From contig OZ271854.1 in assembly GCA_965601925.1 (NCBI GenBank), positions 1,600,001-1,664,000 on the forward strand: 64,000 nucleotides of DNA, in the 5' to 3' direction. This DNA is from Alkalispirochaeta sp. Lineage in GTDB: Bacteria; Spirochaetota; Spirochaetia; DSM-27196; Alkalispirochaetaceae. The notes under the pieces were generated by a model, which saw only the letters and a list, made by a program, of their open reading frames with translations, was not told where the DNA came from and ran no database searches. The position numbers and the translations under genes were made by a program. Positions 1 through 10,531 of this stretch are shown here, in pieces. The stretch's first letter is position 1, and the number at the start of each line of letters is the position of its first letter.

Positions 1-164
1 CTCTTTTCTCCTTTCTCCTCGCCCGACAAAGCGCGCCGCTCAAACGCGTCCGCACCGAAACGATCAACGGAGAGGCCGCGCGGGACTCGACGTACGCGGC
101 GGCGTTCACCGAGTTCGGGTTCGTCGGCGACGGGCGCCATCTCACCCTGTGGAAACGATACTGA
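1..164 (+). CDS. 3' end of a gene, possibly the C-terminus of an Lhr-family helicase (partial)
   Basis: Frame open from the window start: ...LKRVRTETINGEAARDSTYAAAFTEFGFVGDGRHLTLWKRY*. This resembles the Lhr C-terminal 'INGE...GF' pattern, but only ~53 codons are visible. Confidence 0.4.
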   Translation, partial: LFSFLLARQSAPLKRVRTETINGEAARDSTYAAAFTEFGFVGDGRHLTLWKRY

Positions 165-238
165 TATCGATGGCCCGGTAGCCCTTGACCCCGACGGGGC
201 GAAGATTGAATATACAAATAGATCGGGAGGAGCACACC

Positions 239-1621
239 ATGCGTAAGAGCTATGACGCCGTTCTCATCGGCACCGGGCAGGCGACGTATACCATCGCATC
301 GGAGTTGGTAAAACGCGGCGAATCGGTGGCCGTTGCCGAGGGAGATCGCGTCGGCGGCACGTGTGTCAACTACGGCTGCACGCCGACCAAGACGATCGTC
401 GCGAGCGCGCGGGCAGCGCACATGGCACGGCGGGGTGACGAACTCGGCGTGCGCGTCGGGAAGGTCGAGGTCGATTTCGCCCGCGTTATGGAGCGGCAAA
501 ATGCGATCCGGAGCGGCAACAGTGACGGGTTACGATCCTACCTTGAGGAGCATTGCGATCTCTATCGTGATTATGCGTCGTTTGAGGGACCCAATAGCGT
601 CCGTATCGGCGACGATGTGATCGAGGCCGAGCGGATTTACATTCACACCGGCTCGCGCGCCCGGGTTCCCGCCATTCCCGGTCTGGACACCGTTCCCTAT
701 CTCGATAACGTTCGCGTACTCGATCTCACGCGGCTTCCCGACCATTTGGTCGTTCTCGGCGGAAGTTACATCGCCTTAGAGTTTGCTCAAGCGTTCCGGC
801 GCCTCGGCAGTGAGGTGACCGTTCTCCAACGTAGCGAGCGTCTCGTGACGAGGGAGGATGAGGATGTCGCCCAGATAATCCGGGAGGTGTTGGAGCGCGA
901 GGGCGTCCGGATAATGTGCGGTGTTGAGGTTGAGTCCGTCGCCCCGCGCAACGTTGGCGGAGCGTCACAGGGCATCGATGTCGCCGTTCGACGCGACGGC
1001 GAGCCTATGAGTGTATCCGGCTCTCACCTCCTTCTCGGTCTTGGGCGCGTACCCAACTCGGAAAGACTTAACCTTGACGCCGCGGGCGTGCGGACCGACG
1101 AGCGCGGCTTCATCCCGGTCAACGAGAAGCTGCAAACGAACGTTCCGCACATCTTCGCCGTCGGAGACATCAACGGCCGCGGCGCCTTTACCCACACCTC
1201 GGTCAACGACGGTGAGATCATCGTTCACAACCTCCGGGGCGAGTCGTGGACGGTGACCGATCGCCATCCGACGTATGCCCTCTTCGTCGATCCACCCCTG
1301 GGTCGTGTCGGCATGAATGAGATTACGGCTCGAAAGAGCGGACGCAGGGTCCTCATGGCGACCATGCCGATGTCCAGGGTCGCCCGGGCACGTGAAAAGG
1401 GCGAGACAGACGGTATTATAAAGATGATCGTCGACGCCGAGACGGACAGGATTCTGGGTGCGACGGTTCTCGGCGTCGGGGGCGACGAGGTGATCGCCAT
1501 GATATCGGCGTGGATGTACTCCGACCTTCCGTGTCTACGATACCGGCGATCGGTCCTGCCTCATCCGACCGTCGCCGAGCTTGTTCCATGGGTCTTGGAC
1601 GAGCTCAAACCACTGGAGTGA
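239..1621 (+). CDS. FAD-dependent pyridine nucleotide-disulfide oxidoreductase (MerA/Lpd/RclA-like)
   Basis: GGTCVNYGCTPTK redox disulfide, GxGxxA FAD motif, C-terminal HPTVAE; GGAGG RBS before ATG 239. No NmerA domain or C-terminal Cys-Cys. Confidence 0.85.
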   Translation: MRKSYDAVLIGTGQATYTIASELVKRGESVAVAEGDRVGGTCVNYGCTPTKTIVASARAAHMARRGDELGVRVGKVEVDFARVMERQNAIRSGNSDGLRSYLEEHCDLYRDYASFEGPNSVRIGDDVIEAERIYIHTGSRARVPAIPGLDTVPYLDNVRVLDLTRLPDHLVVLGGSYIALEFAQAFRRLGSEVTVLQRSERLVTREDEDVAQIIREVLEREGVRIMCGVEVESVAPRNVGGASQGIDVAVRRDGEPMSVSGSHLLLGLGRVPNSERLNLDAAGVRTDERGFIPVNEKLQTNVPHIFAVGDINGRGAFTHTSVNDGEIIVHNLRGESWTVTDRHPTYALFVDPPLGRVGMNEITARKSGRRVLMATMPMSRVARAREKGETDGIIKMIVDAETDRILGATVLGVGGDEVIAMISAWMYSDLPCLRYRRSVLPHPTVAELVPWVLDELKPLE

Positions 1622-1666
1622 CGCGACCGCAAACCGCGTTGAAACGAGTCCTTCCCGGATACGGCG

Positions 1667-2278
1667 TCACGGACGGAGAGATCGGAGAATCCACCCTTCG
1701 CAAAAGGTGACGCCCTCTTTTACGAGGTCGAACTCCTCGGCGCTGGAGATACACCAATCGAGGAACATGCCGCGCATCGAGCGGTTGAAGAAGATCGCCA
1801 ACCGTTCCGCGTCGACGTCTCGGCGAAACTCTCCCGCCTCCTGGCCTTGTGCGATAATACCGCGAATCAGGTGGTGCCAGAAGCGGCCGCGGTTGGTGAT
1901 GACCTTTTCCGAGCCCGGCTCGAAGGTCTGATTTGCGTACAGAACTTTGAGATGTTCGATGCCGACAACGTCACGAACGTAGCGCAGTTGGGCGCGTGTA
2001 AATGCGAGTAACTGCTCGGCCGCGGTTTTGTATCGCCTGAGGTTACGCGAATATTTCTTGTAGTATCCGTCGATTTTCCAGAACTCGTCGACGATGATGT
2101 CGCTCTTGGATTTGAAGTAGGTATAAAAACTTCCGCGGGCTACACCGGCGGCGGTGGTGATATCTTCGATGGTCACCGCGGCGAAGCCCCGTTCCTGAAA
2201 GAGATCAAGTGCACGCTCTACGATTGCCGATTTCGTCTGCAGTGCCTGGCGTTGACGTTTGGATAGCGGAGAACTCAT
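1667..2278 (-). CDS. TetR/AcrR family transcriptional regulator
   Basis: N-terminal HTH (LFQERGFAAVTIEDITTAAGVARGSFYTYFKSK); start taken at MSSPLS. Confidence 0.9.
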   Translation of the reverse strand: MSSPLSKRQRQALQTKSAIVERALDLFQERGFAAVTIEDITTAAGVARGSFYTYFKSKSDIIVDEFWKIDGYYKKYSRNLRRYKTAAEQLLAFTRAQLRYVRDVVGIEHLKVLYANQTFEPGSEKVITNRGRFWHHLIRGIIAQGQEAGEFRRDVDAERLAIFFNRSMRGMFLDWCISSAEEFDLVKEGVTFCEGWILRSLRP

Positions 2279-2378
2279 GGCGAATACGCGTCCGTAGTGC
2301 CGCTTGAGAATACCATCTGTTGAGTCTCGCGACAAGACGCCGTCGGAACCCTCGCCGGAGCGCGATGTCGATCGTCGC

Positions 2379-3806
2379 CTACGTGGCGGGAAAGATCACC
2401 CCCGGATTCAGCACGTTGTTGGGATCCAAGGCGCGCTTTATCGCGCGCATCGTCTCCTCTTCCGACGGAGAGAGCGCAACGGAGAGGTGGTTCACCCGCT
2501 TGCGACCGATCCCGTGCTCGCCGCTAATCGTACCACCAAGGCGCACTACCTCCTCGTACAGATCGCCGAGGAGACGATGTGCCGTCTCGTCCCACTCGTC
2601 GGGAGTCATGGCATCACCCTTCATCGGTGTCACGTGGAAGTTGCCGTCCCCGGCGTGCCCGAAAACGGCAATCGGCACGGAGTATTCTCCTCGAAGGCGA
2701 CCTACATAGGAGACGAGATCCGGTACGGTCGCCGGCGGCACCACAACGTCCTCCAGAGAGTGCCACTGTCCGGCGGTTCTTTTTACCCACCACGCTACCT
2801 GTTTTCGGAGCCGCCACGACCGTTCTATCGCCTCGGCGTCCGTCCCCGATGCGTCGACGATGCCCCCTTGGGCGGCGACGAGATGCGTGGCCGCGGTCAG
2901 GAGTCGGTTAACCGTCTCGGCGTCGGGTCCGTCGAACTCCACGAGCAGGAACGCCTCGGCGTCGTCCGGGAGTTGCGACCGGTCTCGTGCCGGCAAACTC
3001 TCGTTCGTGCGACGCGCCGTCTCACCGTCGATGAATTCGATCGCCGAGGGTCCGTCGGCGAGGCGCCGCTTGAGATCGACGATACAGCTGGTTGCCGCCT
3101 CGGGGGTCGGAAAGGCGCCGAAGAAGACACCGCGCGCCGCAGGTCGCGGAATCACGCGAATGGTCAGCTCGGTGAATAGCCCGAGTGTCCCCTCGGAGCC
3201 GATGAAGAGTTGTAGGAGGTTGTAGCCCGTGACGTCTTTGAGGCGCTTGCCGCCCAGGCGGAGCACCTCACCCGTGGGTGTGACCACCTCCGCGCCGATC
3301 ACGTAGGTGGAGGTCGTACCGTATTTGACGGCCCGTCCGCCGCCTGCGTTCTCCGCCACGTTGCCGCCGACGTAGCAGATGTCCTCGCTCATCGGGTAAC
3401 CGGCAAAGAAGAGATCGTACGCTTTGAGCGCTTCGTCCAACGCGTTGGTGACCACCCCCGGTTCTACGACCACCATGAAGTTGTCGGCGTCGATCTCTTT
3501 GACGCGATTCATCTTCTCGAAGCTGCACACGACACCGTCGGCGACCGGTATCGCCGCGCCCGCCAGCCCGCTGCCGGCGCCCCGAGGGGTGATCGGCGTA
3601 CCGGTCTCGTTGGCCCACCTCATGAGGGCGACCACCTGCTCGGTCCTCGAGGGAAAGACGACCGCCGCCGGGTCACACCAGTACCGCTCGTCGCCGACTT
3701 GATCGTGGGAGTACTTCGCAAAGGCTTTGCGTTTACTCTCGGGGACGTTCGCGCCTATGAGGATATCCTCACCGAAAACGGTCTGGAGGTGTGCGAAAGA
3801 TGTCAT
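2379..3806 (-). CDS. FAD-linked 2-hydroxyacid dehydrogenase (GlcD/LctD-like), second paralog
   Basis: PRGAGSGL, GGNVAENAGG, GSEGTLG, GHAGDGNFH, SGEHGIG and NPG motifs; strong GGAGGAGG RBS. Confidence 0.88.
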   Translation of the reverse strand: MTSFAHLQTVFGEDILIGANVPESKRKAFAKYSHDQVGDERYWCDPAAVVFPSRTEQVVALMRWANETGTPITPRGAGSGLAGAAIPVADGVVCSFEKMNRVKEIDADNFMVVVEPGVVTNALDEALKAYDLFFAGYPMSEDICYVGGNVAENAGGGRAVKYGTTSTYVIGAEVVTPTGEVLRLGGKRLKDVTGYNLLQLFIGSEGTLGLFTELTIRVIPRPAARGVFFGAFPTPEAATSCIVDLKRRLADGPSAIEFIDGETARRTNESLPARDRSQLPDDAEAFLLVEFDGPDAETVNRLLTAATHLVAAQGGIVDASGTDAEAIERSWRLRKQVAWWVKRTAGQWHSLEDVVVPPATVPDLVSYVGRLRGEYSVPIAVFGHAGDGNFHVTPMKGDAMTPDEWDETAHRLLGDLYEEVVRLGGTISGEHGIGRKRVNHLSVALSPSEEETMRAIKRALDPNNVLNPGVIFPAT

Positions 3807-3872
3807 GTCCTCCTCCTTTGTCGATTCAGGCATTTTCAAAAAACGGTATTCTTTAAAAATGTCTCAATTCAC

Positions 3873-5150
3873 TTATTTCAAACGAAGAACAAGGTGCGGA
3901 CCGTCGGGAATCACCGCCCATATCGCGTCTTGTCCCTCTTTTTTGAGCATCTGTTCGACGGTGTCCGAGATTGAATGTATGGGACGGAGTCCGTATTTTC
4001 GCTGTTCATCGTCGGATACTCCGTCGGAGTAGAGATAAATGTCGTGGTCTCTCATCCATTTGTATATCTCTTGGGCGCACCACTGGTCGGGGTAAAAGAA
4101 CTCGTGATTCAGTGCTCGCTGTATCCACTCCGCGGGCGTAGTGAACTCATCGAGGCTCCTCACAAACTCGTCGCTGCCGAGCCCCTCGGTACAGTGCGAC
4201 GCGACGAGTATCGCTCCGCCCTCTTTAACGACCGGGGCGACACCGGCGATGCCTTTTGCCGTTTGATACAAGTTAACGTCCAAAGGAAACCCGGCCGTCG
4301 TGGTGACGACGAAATCGAGCGGTTTATCCAAGTAGGTGGTGCTGAACGGTTCCAGCGCGGAACAACCGTGGAGATGTGCCGTCACGGGATGGCCCGAGTA
4401 GACACCGGTGACTCTTTTGGATGTGTCGAGGGTGACGTTCACGATGAAGTCGGCGCCGACGGACTCCATGATCATAAGGGCCGCCTCGTGAAACGGGTTT
4501 CCCGCCAGCTTTCCGTATACGACGTTCGGATCGTCGATCATCTCGGGGCCGTGCATGAACTCAACGGTACGGACGCTTGAGATTCCCGGCAGAATCGCCT
4601 TTCGTCCGCCGGAGTATCCCGCCCACATGTGGGGCTCTATGAATCCGGTGAGTATCTTGAGATCCGACTCCACGTAGCGCCGATTCACGTAGACGGGCGT
4701 CTCGTTCATTATCGTGCCGACACGTACCATAGCATCGTCGCGTTTCGCATAGTGATTTTCGATCCGATACGTCGAGGCGATCTCCTCTCCTACCAAATAG
4801 GTCAACTCACCGTCCACGTTGGGACGATGGATGCCGGTAGCGATGAGAATCGTGACGGACTCCGGCGGAAGCCCGGCGGTGTGCAGGGCATCGAGGATCG
4901 GCGGTAGGAGCAGCGTGTTCGGGACCGGTCGCGTCACGTCGCTGATGACGATAACGGCGTTCTTTCTTCCCGTTGCGATCCGTCGCAACGGCTCCGCATC
5001 GATCGGGTGCGCTAAGCTTTCGACGACGGCTCGCTCCGGATCGATAAGCGAGGGCTGTTTTCTCGGCTCCAACACACCGAGAAAGTTCGGTGTGTCGGGT
5101 AATCGGACCGCAAGGCCCTCTGTGTGGTACTTCAAGGTGACTTCAGCCAT
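3873..5150 (-). CDS. larA: Nickel-dependent lactate racemase family protein
   Basis: SDVTRPVP, ATGIHR, PHMWAGYSGGRKAILPG, GFPLDVNLYQTAKG motifs; lies in a lactate operon. Confidence 0.85.
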   Translation of the reverse strand: MAEVTLKYHTEGLAVRLPDTPNFLGVLEPRKQPSLIDPERAVVESLAHPIDAEPLRRIATGRKNAVIVISDVTRPVPNTLLLPPILDALHTAGLPPESVTILIATGIHRPNVDGELTYLVGEEIASTYRIENHYAKRDDAMVRVGTIMNETPVYVNRRYVESDLKILTGFIEPHMWAGYSGGRKAILPGISSVRTVEFMHGPEMIDDPNVVYGKLAGNPFHEAALMIMESVGADFIVNVTLDTSKRVTGVYSGHPVTAHLHGCSALEPFSTTYLDKPLDFVVTTTAGFPLDVNLYQTAKGIAGVAPVVKEGGAILVASHCTEGLGSDEFVRSLDEFTTPAEWIQRALNHEFFYPDQWCAQEIYKWMRDHDIYLYSDGVSDDEQRKYGLRPIHSISDTVEQMLKKEGQDAIWAVIPDGPHLVLRLK

Positions 5151-5227
5151 CTTCTCGCTCCTGTGGCCCCGCCGTGGCGTGCAAGCTCTTTGCGCAGGTC
5201 CGAAGTTCCGAGTGAACCCTCTATCGA

Positions 5228-6676
5228 CTATCCGCCGTCCCCATCGAATATCTTGCCGGGATTCATGATTTGGTTCGGATCCCAGGCGCGTTTGATTCCG
5301 CGCATCAGCTGCAGCTCTACCGGGTCGATGAGATCGTTCAGGTATTTCTTCCGCTTTACGCCGATACCGTGTTCGCCGCTTATCTTGCCACCCAAAGCGT
5401 GCGTAACCTTGTACAACTCCCGGAGCGCCAGATCCTCGTTTGTATGCCATTGGTCGTCGCTCATCTGTGGGTCTTTGACCAGCGTTGCGTGGAGATTCCC
5501 GTCCCCGGCGTGGCCGTAACACGGAATCTTCATGCCGTACTTCGAGCTGATCCGGTCGAGCTCAGGGATCACTTCCGGTATGCTCGCCATCGGAACGACG
5601 ATATCTTCGAGGCTCTGAATCGGACTGTATACTTTGAACGCCTCGGCGATGTTGCGCCGGACGCTCCATATCCGCTCCATCGTGTTGTGGTCCTCCGCAA
5701 CGTAGACCTCCATCGCCCCGTGCTCCTCGCACAAGTCGCCTATCGCGATCAAGTCCGACTCTACTTGTTGCGCGTCGTTGCCGTCGACCTCGATCAGAAG
5801 CATCGCGCCCGCCTCCTGGTACGGCAGCGACTCGTTGAGATAGCGACAGCTCGTTTGAACCGAAAGTTGATCCATGAACTCGATACTCGTCGGCGTCAAT
5901 CCGCGTGCCATCAGCACCGGCACGACGTCGATCGCCTCCCGCGGCGTCTTGAAGAGCACCAGGAGGTCGCTCACGGCTCTCGGATAGCCGATCAGGCGGA
6001 CGATCGCCTTGGTCACGATACCGAGTGTCCCCTCGGATCCCACGACCAGTTGCTTGAGGTCGTAACCCGAGACGTCCTTGGCCAACTTTCCGCCGAGCCA
6101 GACGACGTCTCCCGTCGGGGTGACCAGCTCTATGCCCATGATGTAGCGACCCGTAACGCCGTACTTAACCGCCTTACCGCCGCCGGCGTTCTCGGCGATG
6201 TTGCCTCCTAAGAAACAGGTCTGAAGACTCATCGGATACCCGGCAAAGAAGAGTCCCTTCTCCTGCACCATCGTCGCGAGGTCGTTGGTAACGATGCCCG
6301 CCTCAACCACGATTACCATGTTGTCCATGTCCAACTCGATGACGCGGTTCATCTTTTCTACGGAGAGCAATATCCCTCCGTGGGAGGGTATCGCTCCTCC
6401 GGAGAGGCCGCTGCCCGCGCCGCGCGGTGTGATGGGGATCGTCTCGCGATTGGCGAGCTTGACGACCTCGGCGACCTGTTCGGTCGTGGTCGGAAGCACT
6501 ACCACCTCGGGCATGTGGCCGTACTCCTCGGCGCTGGTTTCGTCGTGAGAGTACGCCTCCATCTTTTCCTCGTCGACGAGTACGTTTTTGTCTCCCACGA
6601 TGCGCCGTAACGCGTCGACGATCTCCGACGTCACGGGGCGGTACCGTGTCTTCTTCACCGTTGCGGTCTTCATCAC
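5228..6676 (-). CDS. FAD-linked D-lactate dehydrogenase (LctD/GlcD-like, Etf partner)
   Basis: Same VAO/PCMH motifs as the paralog; overlaps the etfA stop, suggesting translational coupling. Confidence 0.88.
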   Translation of the reverse strand: MMKTATVKKTRYRPVTSEIVDALRRIVGDKNVLVDEEKMEAYSHDETSAEEYGHMPEVVVLPTTTEQVAEVVKLANRETIPITPRGAGSGLSGGAIPSHGGILLSVEKMNRVIELDMDNMVIVVEAGIVTNDLATMVQEKGLFFAGYPMSLQTCFLGGNIAENAGGGKAVKYGVTGRYIMGIELVTPTGDVVWLGGKLAKDVSGYDLKQLVVGSEGTLGIVTKAIVRLIGYPRAVSDLLVLFKTPREAIDVVPVLMARGLTPTSIEFMDQLSVQTSCRYLNESLPYQEAGAMLLIEVDGNDAQQVESDLIAIGDLCEEHGAMEVYVAEDHNTMERIWSVRRNIAEAFKVYSPIQSLEDIVVPMASIPEVIPELDRISSKYGMKIPCYGHAGDGNLHATLVKDPQMSDDQWHTNEDLALRELYKVTHALGGKISGEHGIGVKRKKYLNDLIDPVELQLMRGIKRAWDPNQIMNPGKIFDGDGG

Positions 6677-7668
6677 GTCTCTCCCTTCCCGTTGAGTCGA
6701 CGGCTGATCTCCGGAATCACCTCGAAAAGGTCGCCGACGATTGCGAAGTCGGCGACGCGGTGGATATTGGCCTCCGGATCGCTATTGATCGATACGATGG
6801 TTTCGCTCGTCTTGATGCCGGCGAGGTGTTGGATCGACCCGGAAATCCCCGCCGAGATATAGAGTTTGGGCGAAATCGTCTTTCCGCTGAGCCCGATCTG
6901 ATGGGGATAGCCGATCCATCCCCGATCGACCGCGTCTCGACTCGCACCGACGACGCCTTCCAACTGCTCGGCCAGGACACGGAGCATCGCGAAGTTGTCA
7001 CCCCGCTTCATGCCCTTGCCGCCGGCGACGACGACGTCCGCCTCCTCGATGTTGACGAAGTCCTCGGCGTCCGTCCGGTACCCGACGACGAGCACTCGAC
7101 CGTCGAGCATCGCGTCGTCAACGGGAACCTCGATGACCTTTCCGACCCGCGTCTCGTCGGCGGGCAACGGTCTACTGGACTTAGGGCGGACGGTCGCCAT
7201 CTGCGGGCGGTGGTTAGGCGTCTTGATGGTCGCCATGATGTTGCCGCCGATGGCGGGACGCGTCTGCAACAAGTTGCCGGTCCCCTCCTCGATATCGAGC
7301 TCAGTGCAGTCCGCGGTCAGACCGGCATTAACCTGGATCGCGACGTAGGGCATCACCGTTCGTCCCGTCGACGTTGCCGCGGCGAGGATGATGCTCGGAC
7401 GGTACTGTTTTATGAGTGCGCTCAGAACGCCGGAATAGTTTTCACACACGAAATGCGCCAGACGCGCATCGCGGACGTAGTACACTTCGTCCGCTCCGCG
7501 CCGGATAAGCTCTTGGAGGCTCTCCTCCTCGACGTCGTCGCCGATGACGACCGATGCGAGTTTGGTTTCAAGCTTGTCCGCGAGCGCGCGACCGCGCGAC
7601 AAAAGCTCGAAGGACACCGCCTTAAGGGCGCCCCCGTATTGCTCGGCTAAGGTCCATACAAAACTCAT
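6673..7668 (-). CDS. etfA: Electron transfer flavoprotein subunit alpha
   Basis: GLTADC, RPAIGGN, GASRDAVD, QIGLSGK, GISGSIQH, INSDPEANI motifs. Confidence 0.93.
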   Translation of the reverse strand: MSFVWTLAEQYGGALKAVSFELLSRGRALADKLETKLASVVIGDDVEEESLQELIRRGADEVYYVRDARLAHFVCENYSGVLSALIKQYRPSIILAAATSTGRTVMPYVAIQVNAGLTADCTELDIEEGTGNLLQTRPAIGGNIMATIKTPNHRPQMATVRPKSSRPLPADETRVGKVIEVPVDDAMLDGRVLVVGYRTDAEDFVNIEEADVVVAGGKGMKRGDNFAMLRVLAEQLEGVVGASRDAVDRGWIGYPHQIGLSGKTISPKLYISAGISGSIQHLAGIKTSETIVSINSDPEANIHRVADFAIVGDLFEVIPEISRRLNGKGET

Positions 7669-7680
7669 GTCAGTTCTCTC

Positions 7681-8478
7681 CTACACCAGTTCTTTCGTGT
7701 TCAAGAACTTGAACAGCTCGTCGACCGCACGCTCGACACCCTGCTCGTCGGCCGCCGTAACGACGTGACCGCCTCTGGTCACCCGGGGTGTATCGATCTT
7801 GACCACCCTCGTGGGTGATCCTTTGAGACCCAGAGCGGCCGGATCGAGATCCATGTTCTCTGAGTTGAGAAGGGGAATCTCCATGGTCCTGGCGCGTTTC
7901 TTTCCGCGCAGCGTGGGGAGTCGCGGTGCGGCGATCTCCTTCACAACGGTGATGAGCGCGGGGGTCGGCAGACGCAGAATCTGGTAACCCTCCTCCACCA
8001 ACCGCTCAACCGTCATCTTCCCGGAGCCGATACCCTCGATCTTCGCGACGTACGTCGCGAGAGGAAGGCCCAACCACGCCGCGATGCCGGGACCGACTTG
8101 TGCCGTGTCGCCGTCGGTCGCCCGCTCGCCGGCGATGATCAGGTCGACGTCGCCGAGCGTCTTTATCGCCTGGGCCAATGTATAGCTCGTCGCCCACGTG
8201 TCCGCCCCGCCGAATCTTCGATCGGAGATCAAGACTGCGTCGTCGCAGCCCATAGCGACCGCCTCGCGCAGCGCCTTCTCCGCCGGAGGCGGTCCCATCG
8301 TAATCGCCGTTACGTGACCGGAATGCTCTTCCTTGATGCGCAACGCCGTCTCTATCGCGTAAAGGTCGAGGGGGTTTACGACCGTTTCAACACCGCTACG
8401 GATCATCGTACCCGTCTCGGGATCCATCTTCACATTACTCGTTTCCGGCACTTGCTTAATCGGAACGATTATCTTCAC
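7681..8478 (-). CDS. etfB: Electron transfer flavoprotein subunit beta
   Basis: KQVPET, GADTWATSYTLA, GERATDGDTAQVGP, PRLPTL motifs; GTG start after GAGGAGA. Confidence 0.93.
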   Translation of the reverse strand: MKIIVPIKQVPETSNVKMDPETGTMIRSGVETVVNPLDLYAIETALRIKEEHSGHVTAITMGPPPAEKALREAVAMGCDDAVLISDRRFGGADTWATSYTLAQAIKTLGDVDLIIAGERATDGDTAQVGPGIAAWLGLPLATYVAKIEGIGSGKMTVERLVEEGYQILRLPTPALITVVKEIAAPRLPTLRGKKRARTMEIPLLNSENMDLDPAALGLKGSPTRVVKIDTPRVTRGGHVVTAADEQGVERAVDELFKFLNTKELV

Positions 8479-8549
8479 TCGTCTCTCCTCTCTCTGCATC
8501 GGCCGCCGCGCCCGCGTGGTCGCGGGCGGGCATAGCCGTCCTTACCCGG

Positions 8550-10226
8550 TCAGAAAAGCCCGGGGAGCGTTGCGATTGCGATTGCTCCTACCACACCCAC
8601 TCCCAAGGCGTACAGAGCCGCCGGTACCATGTTGGTACGGATGATCCTCCCCTCGCTTCCCAGGACGCCGACTACCGTACTCGCTGCTACGACGTTATGT
8701 ACACAGATCATGTTTCCCACCGCTCCGCCGATTACCTGGAGACCGACCACGACGGTTCTCGATATCTCGGCTGCGGCCGCGACCTCGTACTGAAACGCCG
8801 AAAAGAGAATGTTGGAGACGGTGTTGCTGCCGGTCATGAACGCCCCGAGGATGCCGACGAAGGGCGCTACCAGCGTCCATACCGAGCTGAAGGCGCCGGC
8901 GGCGGCGATCGAGAGCACGCGCAGCATGTCGGGGTGTCCCGACGCGTTGTTACCGGAAAAGCGCATGACGTTTACCATTCCCAGGGCGAAGATCAGCGCG
9001 ATCGATGCCGGTACGATCTGCTTGAGCGATCCGGTCCACGTCGCTTTGACCGCCTCACCGGACATCTTGTGCATCGGTATCGTCAACAACGCGACGAGGA
9101 TGAACGGAATCGTCCCGGGGAGATAGAGCAGCTGGAGCCGATACGCGAGATCCGTTCCCAGAATTCCGTCCCACGATATGGTCGCTCCGGGAGACGTTAT
9201 CAGTCCGCGAATGCCCAGTTGCGGAATGCGCGTCGCCACCAGGAGAAGGGCCACTAAGATGTATGGGAGCCACGCCGTGAATCCCGACATAGCGCTCTCT
9301 TCGTCCTTTTGGGAGCCGACATCTACCGTCCCGATCCACTCGGCGGCCCACGCGCTCCGTTCCGGAAACTCCCACGTCGTCTTCGGCACTAAAAAGCCGG
9401 AGCGCGCCGCCGGTACCACGATGGCGATGGCGATCAGTGCCCCCAACAACGACGGCAGTTCGGGTCCGATGAATACCGCTATCAATAGATACGGAATCGT
9501 GAAGGCGAGGCCGGCGAAGATTGCGAAGGGGGCCACCTCGAAGGCGCCCTTGAAGGACTTCTCCTTGCCGAACAAGCGGCTCATCACCATCACGATGATG
9601 AGCGGCAGGAAGGTTCCGACGATCGCGTGGGGAATTGCCGACCAGACGCCGACCTCTTGAATGAAACCCTCCCACGTCGATCCGGCCGCGGTTATGCTCC
9701 CGCGAACCGCCGTCGAGTCCAGAACGCGGGCAACGCCGCCGATGATCGGAGTTCCGACGGCCCCGAAGGAGACCGACGTACTATCTCCGATGAGCGCCAG
9801 AATGACTGCCGCCAGCGGCGGAAAACCGAGACTTACCAGAAGAGGGCCTGCCAGCGCCGCCGGTGTGCCGAATCCCGCCGCGCCCTCGATGAAGGAGACG
9901 AACAGAAAGGCGACGATGATCGCTTGGATTCGTGGGTCGGCGCTAATGCCGTGAAACGTACGATTGATCGCCGTAATGGCGCCGCTGTTTTTGAGCGTGT
10001 TCATAAGCAGGATAGCACCGAACACGATGATGAGAATGTTCACCGCGTTGAGTGCCCCGGCGACGGTCTCGCCGGCGAGCCAAAAAGCCGGCACGCGCCA
10101 CACGAATGCCGCCAGGACGAGGGCGATCGCCCACGCGATCGGCATTACGCGCTTTGCCGGCCAGTTGAAACTTACCATCATGATAATCGTGAAGAGAATC
10201 GGAAGCGAAGCCAACAGAACTAACAT
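8550..10226 (-). CDS. lctP: L-lactate permease
   Basis: Polytopic hydrophobic protein with [23 protein letters not shown] and GNM motifs. Confidence 0.92.
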   Translation of the reverse strand: MLVLLASLPILFTIIMMVSFNWPAKRVMPIAWAIALVLAAFVWRVPAFWLAGETVAGALNAVNILIIVFGAILLMNTLKNSGAITAINRTFHGISADPRIQAIIVAFLFVSFIEGAAGFGTPAALAGPLLVSLGFPPLAAVILALIGDSTSVSFGAVGTPIIGGVARVLDSTAVRGSITAAGSTWEGFIQEVGVWSAIPHAIVGTFLPLIIVMVMSRLFGKEKSFKGAFEVAPFAIFAGLAFTIPYLLIAVFIGPELPSLLGALIAIAIVVPAARSGFLVPKTTWEFPERSAWAAEWIGTVDVGSQKDEESAMSGFTAWLPYILVALLLVATRIPQLGIRGLITSPGATISWDGILGTDLAYRLQLLYLPGTIPFILVALLTIPMHKMSGEAVKATWTGSLKQIVPASIALIFALGMVNVMRFSGNNASGHPDMLRVLSIAAAGAFSSVWTLVAPFVGILGAFMTGSNTVSNILFSAFQYEVAAAAEISRTVVVGLQVIGGAVGNMICVHNVVAASTVVGVLGSEGRIIRTNMVPAALYALGVGVVGAIAIATLPGLF

Positions 10227-10315
10227 CGTGCAACCTCCTCGGATAGGTGTTGAGCAGCTCACAAGTGTTCGCGTTTTGGTTCGTTAGAATGTGGAATAAC
10301 GTACGTCTTCTTTTC

Positions 10316-10344
10316 AGGTTAGATGCACTTCCGTCATACGTCAA
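10316..10344 (-). promoter_or_regulatory. Sigma70-type promoter of the lactate operon
   Basis: Minus strand TTGACG-17 nt-TAACCT about 90 nt upstream of lctP. Confidence 0.55.
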
Positions 10345-10361
10345 CGATTTTGTTGACACTA

Positions 10362-10383
10362 TTCATTGACGAGTGTCAATGAA
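10362..10383. promoter_or_regulatory. Palindromic operator candidate
   Basis: Perfect inverted repeat TTCATTGAC-gagt-GTCAATGAA; a second IR GTCAAC-N6-GTTGAC at 10340-10357 overlaps the -35. Confidence 0.55.
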
Positions 10384-10531
10384 CAATGACGATTATCGAT
10401 CGGAGTCGGAATCGTGAAGGCATCGTCGTCTGTCGCCGGCCCAATGAGACGGCCGACGACGTATGCGGTCGCACGCCGTTGGTGTCCGAAAACGGCCAGA
10501 CGACACGCGATTCACGTGGTACCTTTGCGCC

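Noticed and set aside
239..1621. Mercuric reductase (merA)
   Set aside because: No N-terminal metal-binding domain, no C-terminal Cys-Cys and no mer genes nearby; better called a generic flavin disulfide reductase.
3873..5522. N-terminal extensions in the ORF track (larA, GH20, NamZ, parB, MarR, last GNAT, 30548 ORF)
   Set aside because: Most overlap upstream genes and none show family-like sequence; downstream starts were preferred.
8506..8529. GC hairpin between lctP and etfB as a terminator or REP
   Set aside because: CGCCCGCG-tggt-CGCGGGCG has no U tract and no second copy was found; at most an mRNA stability element.
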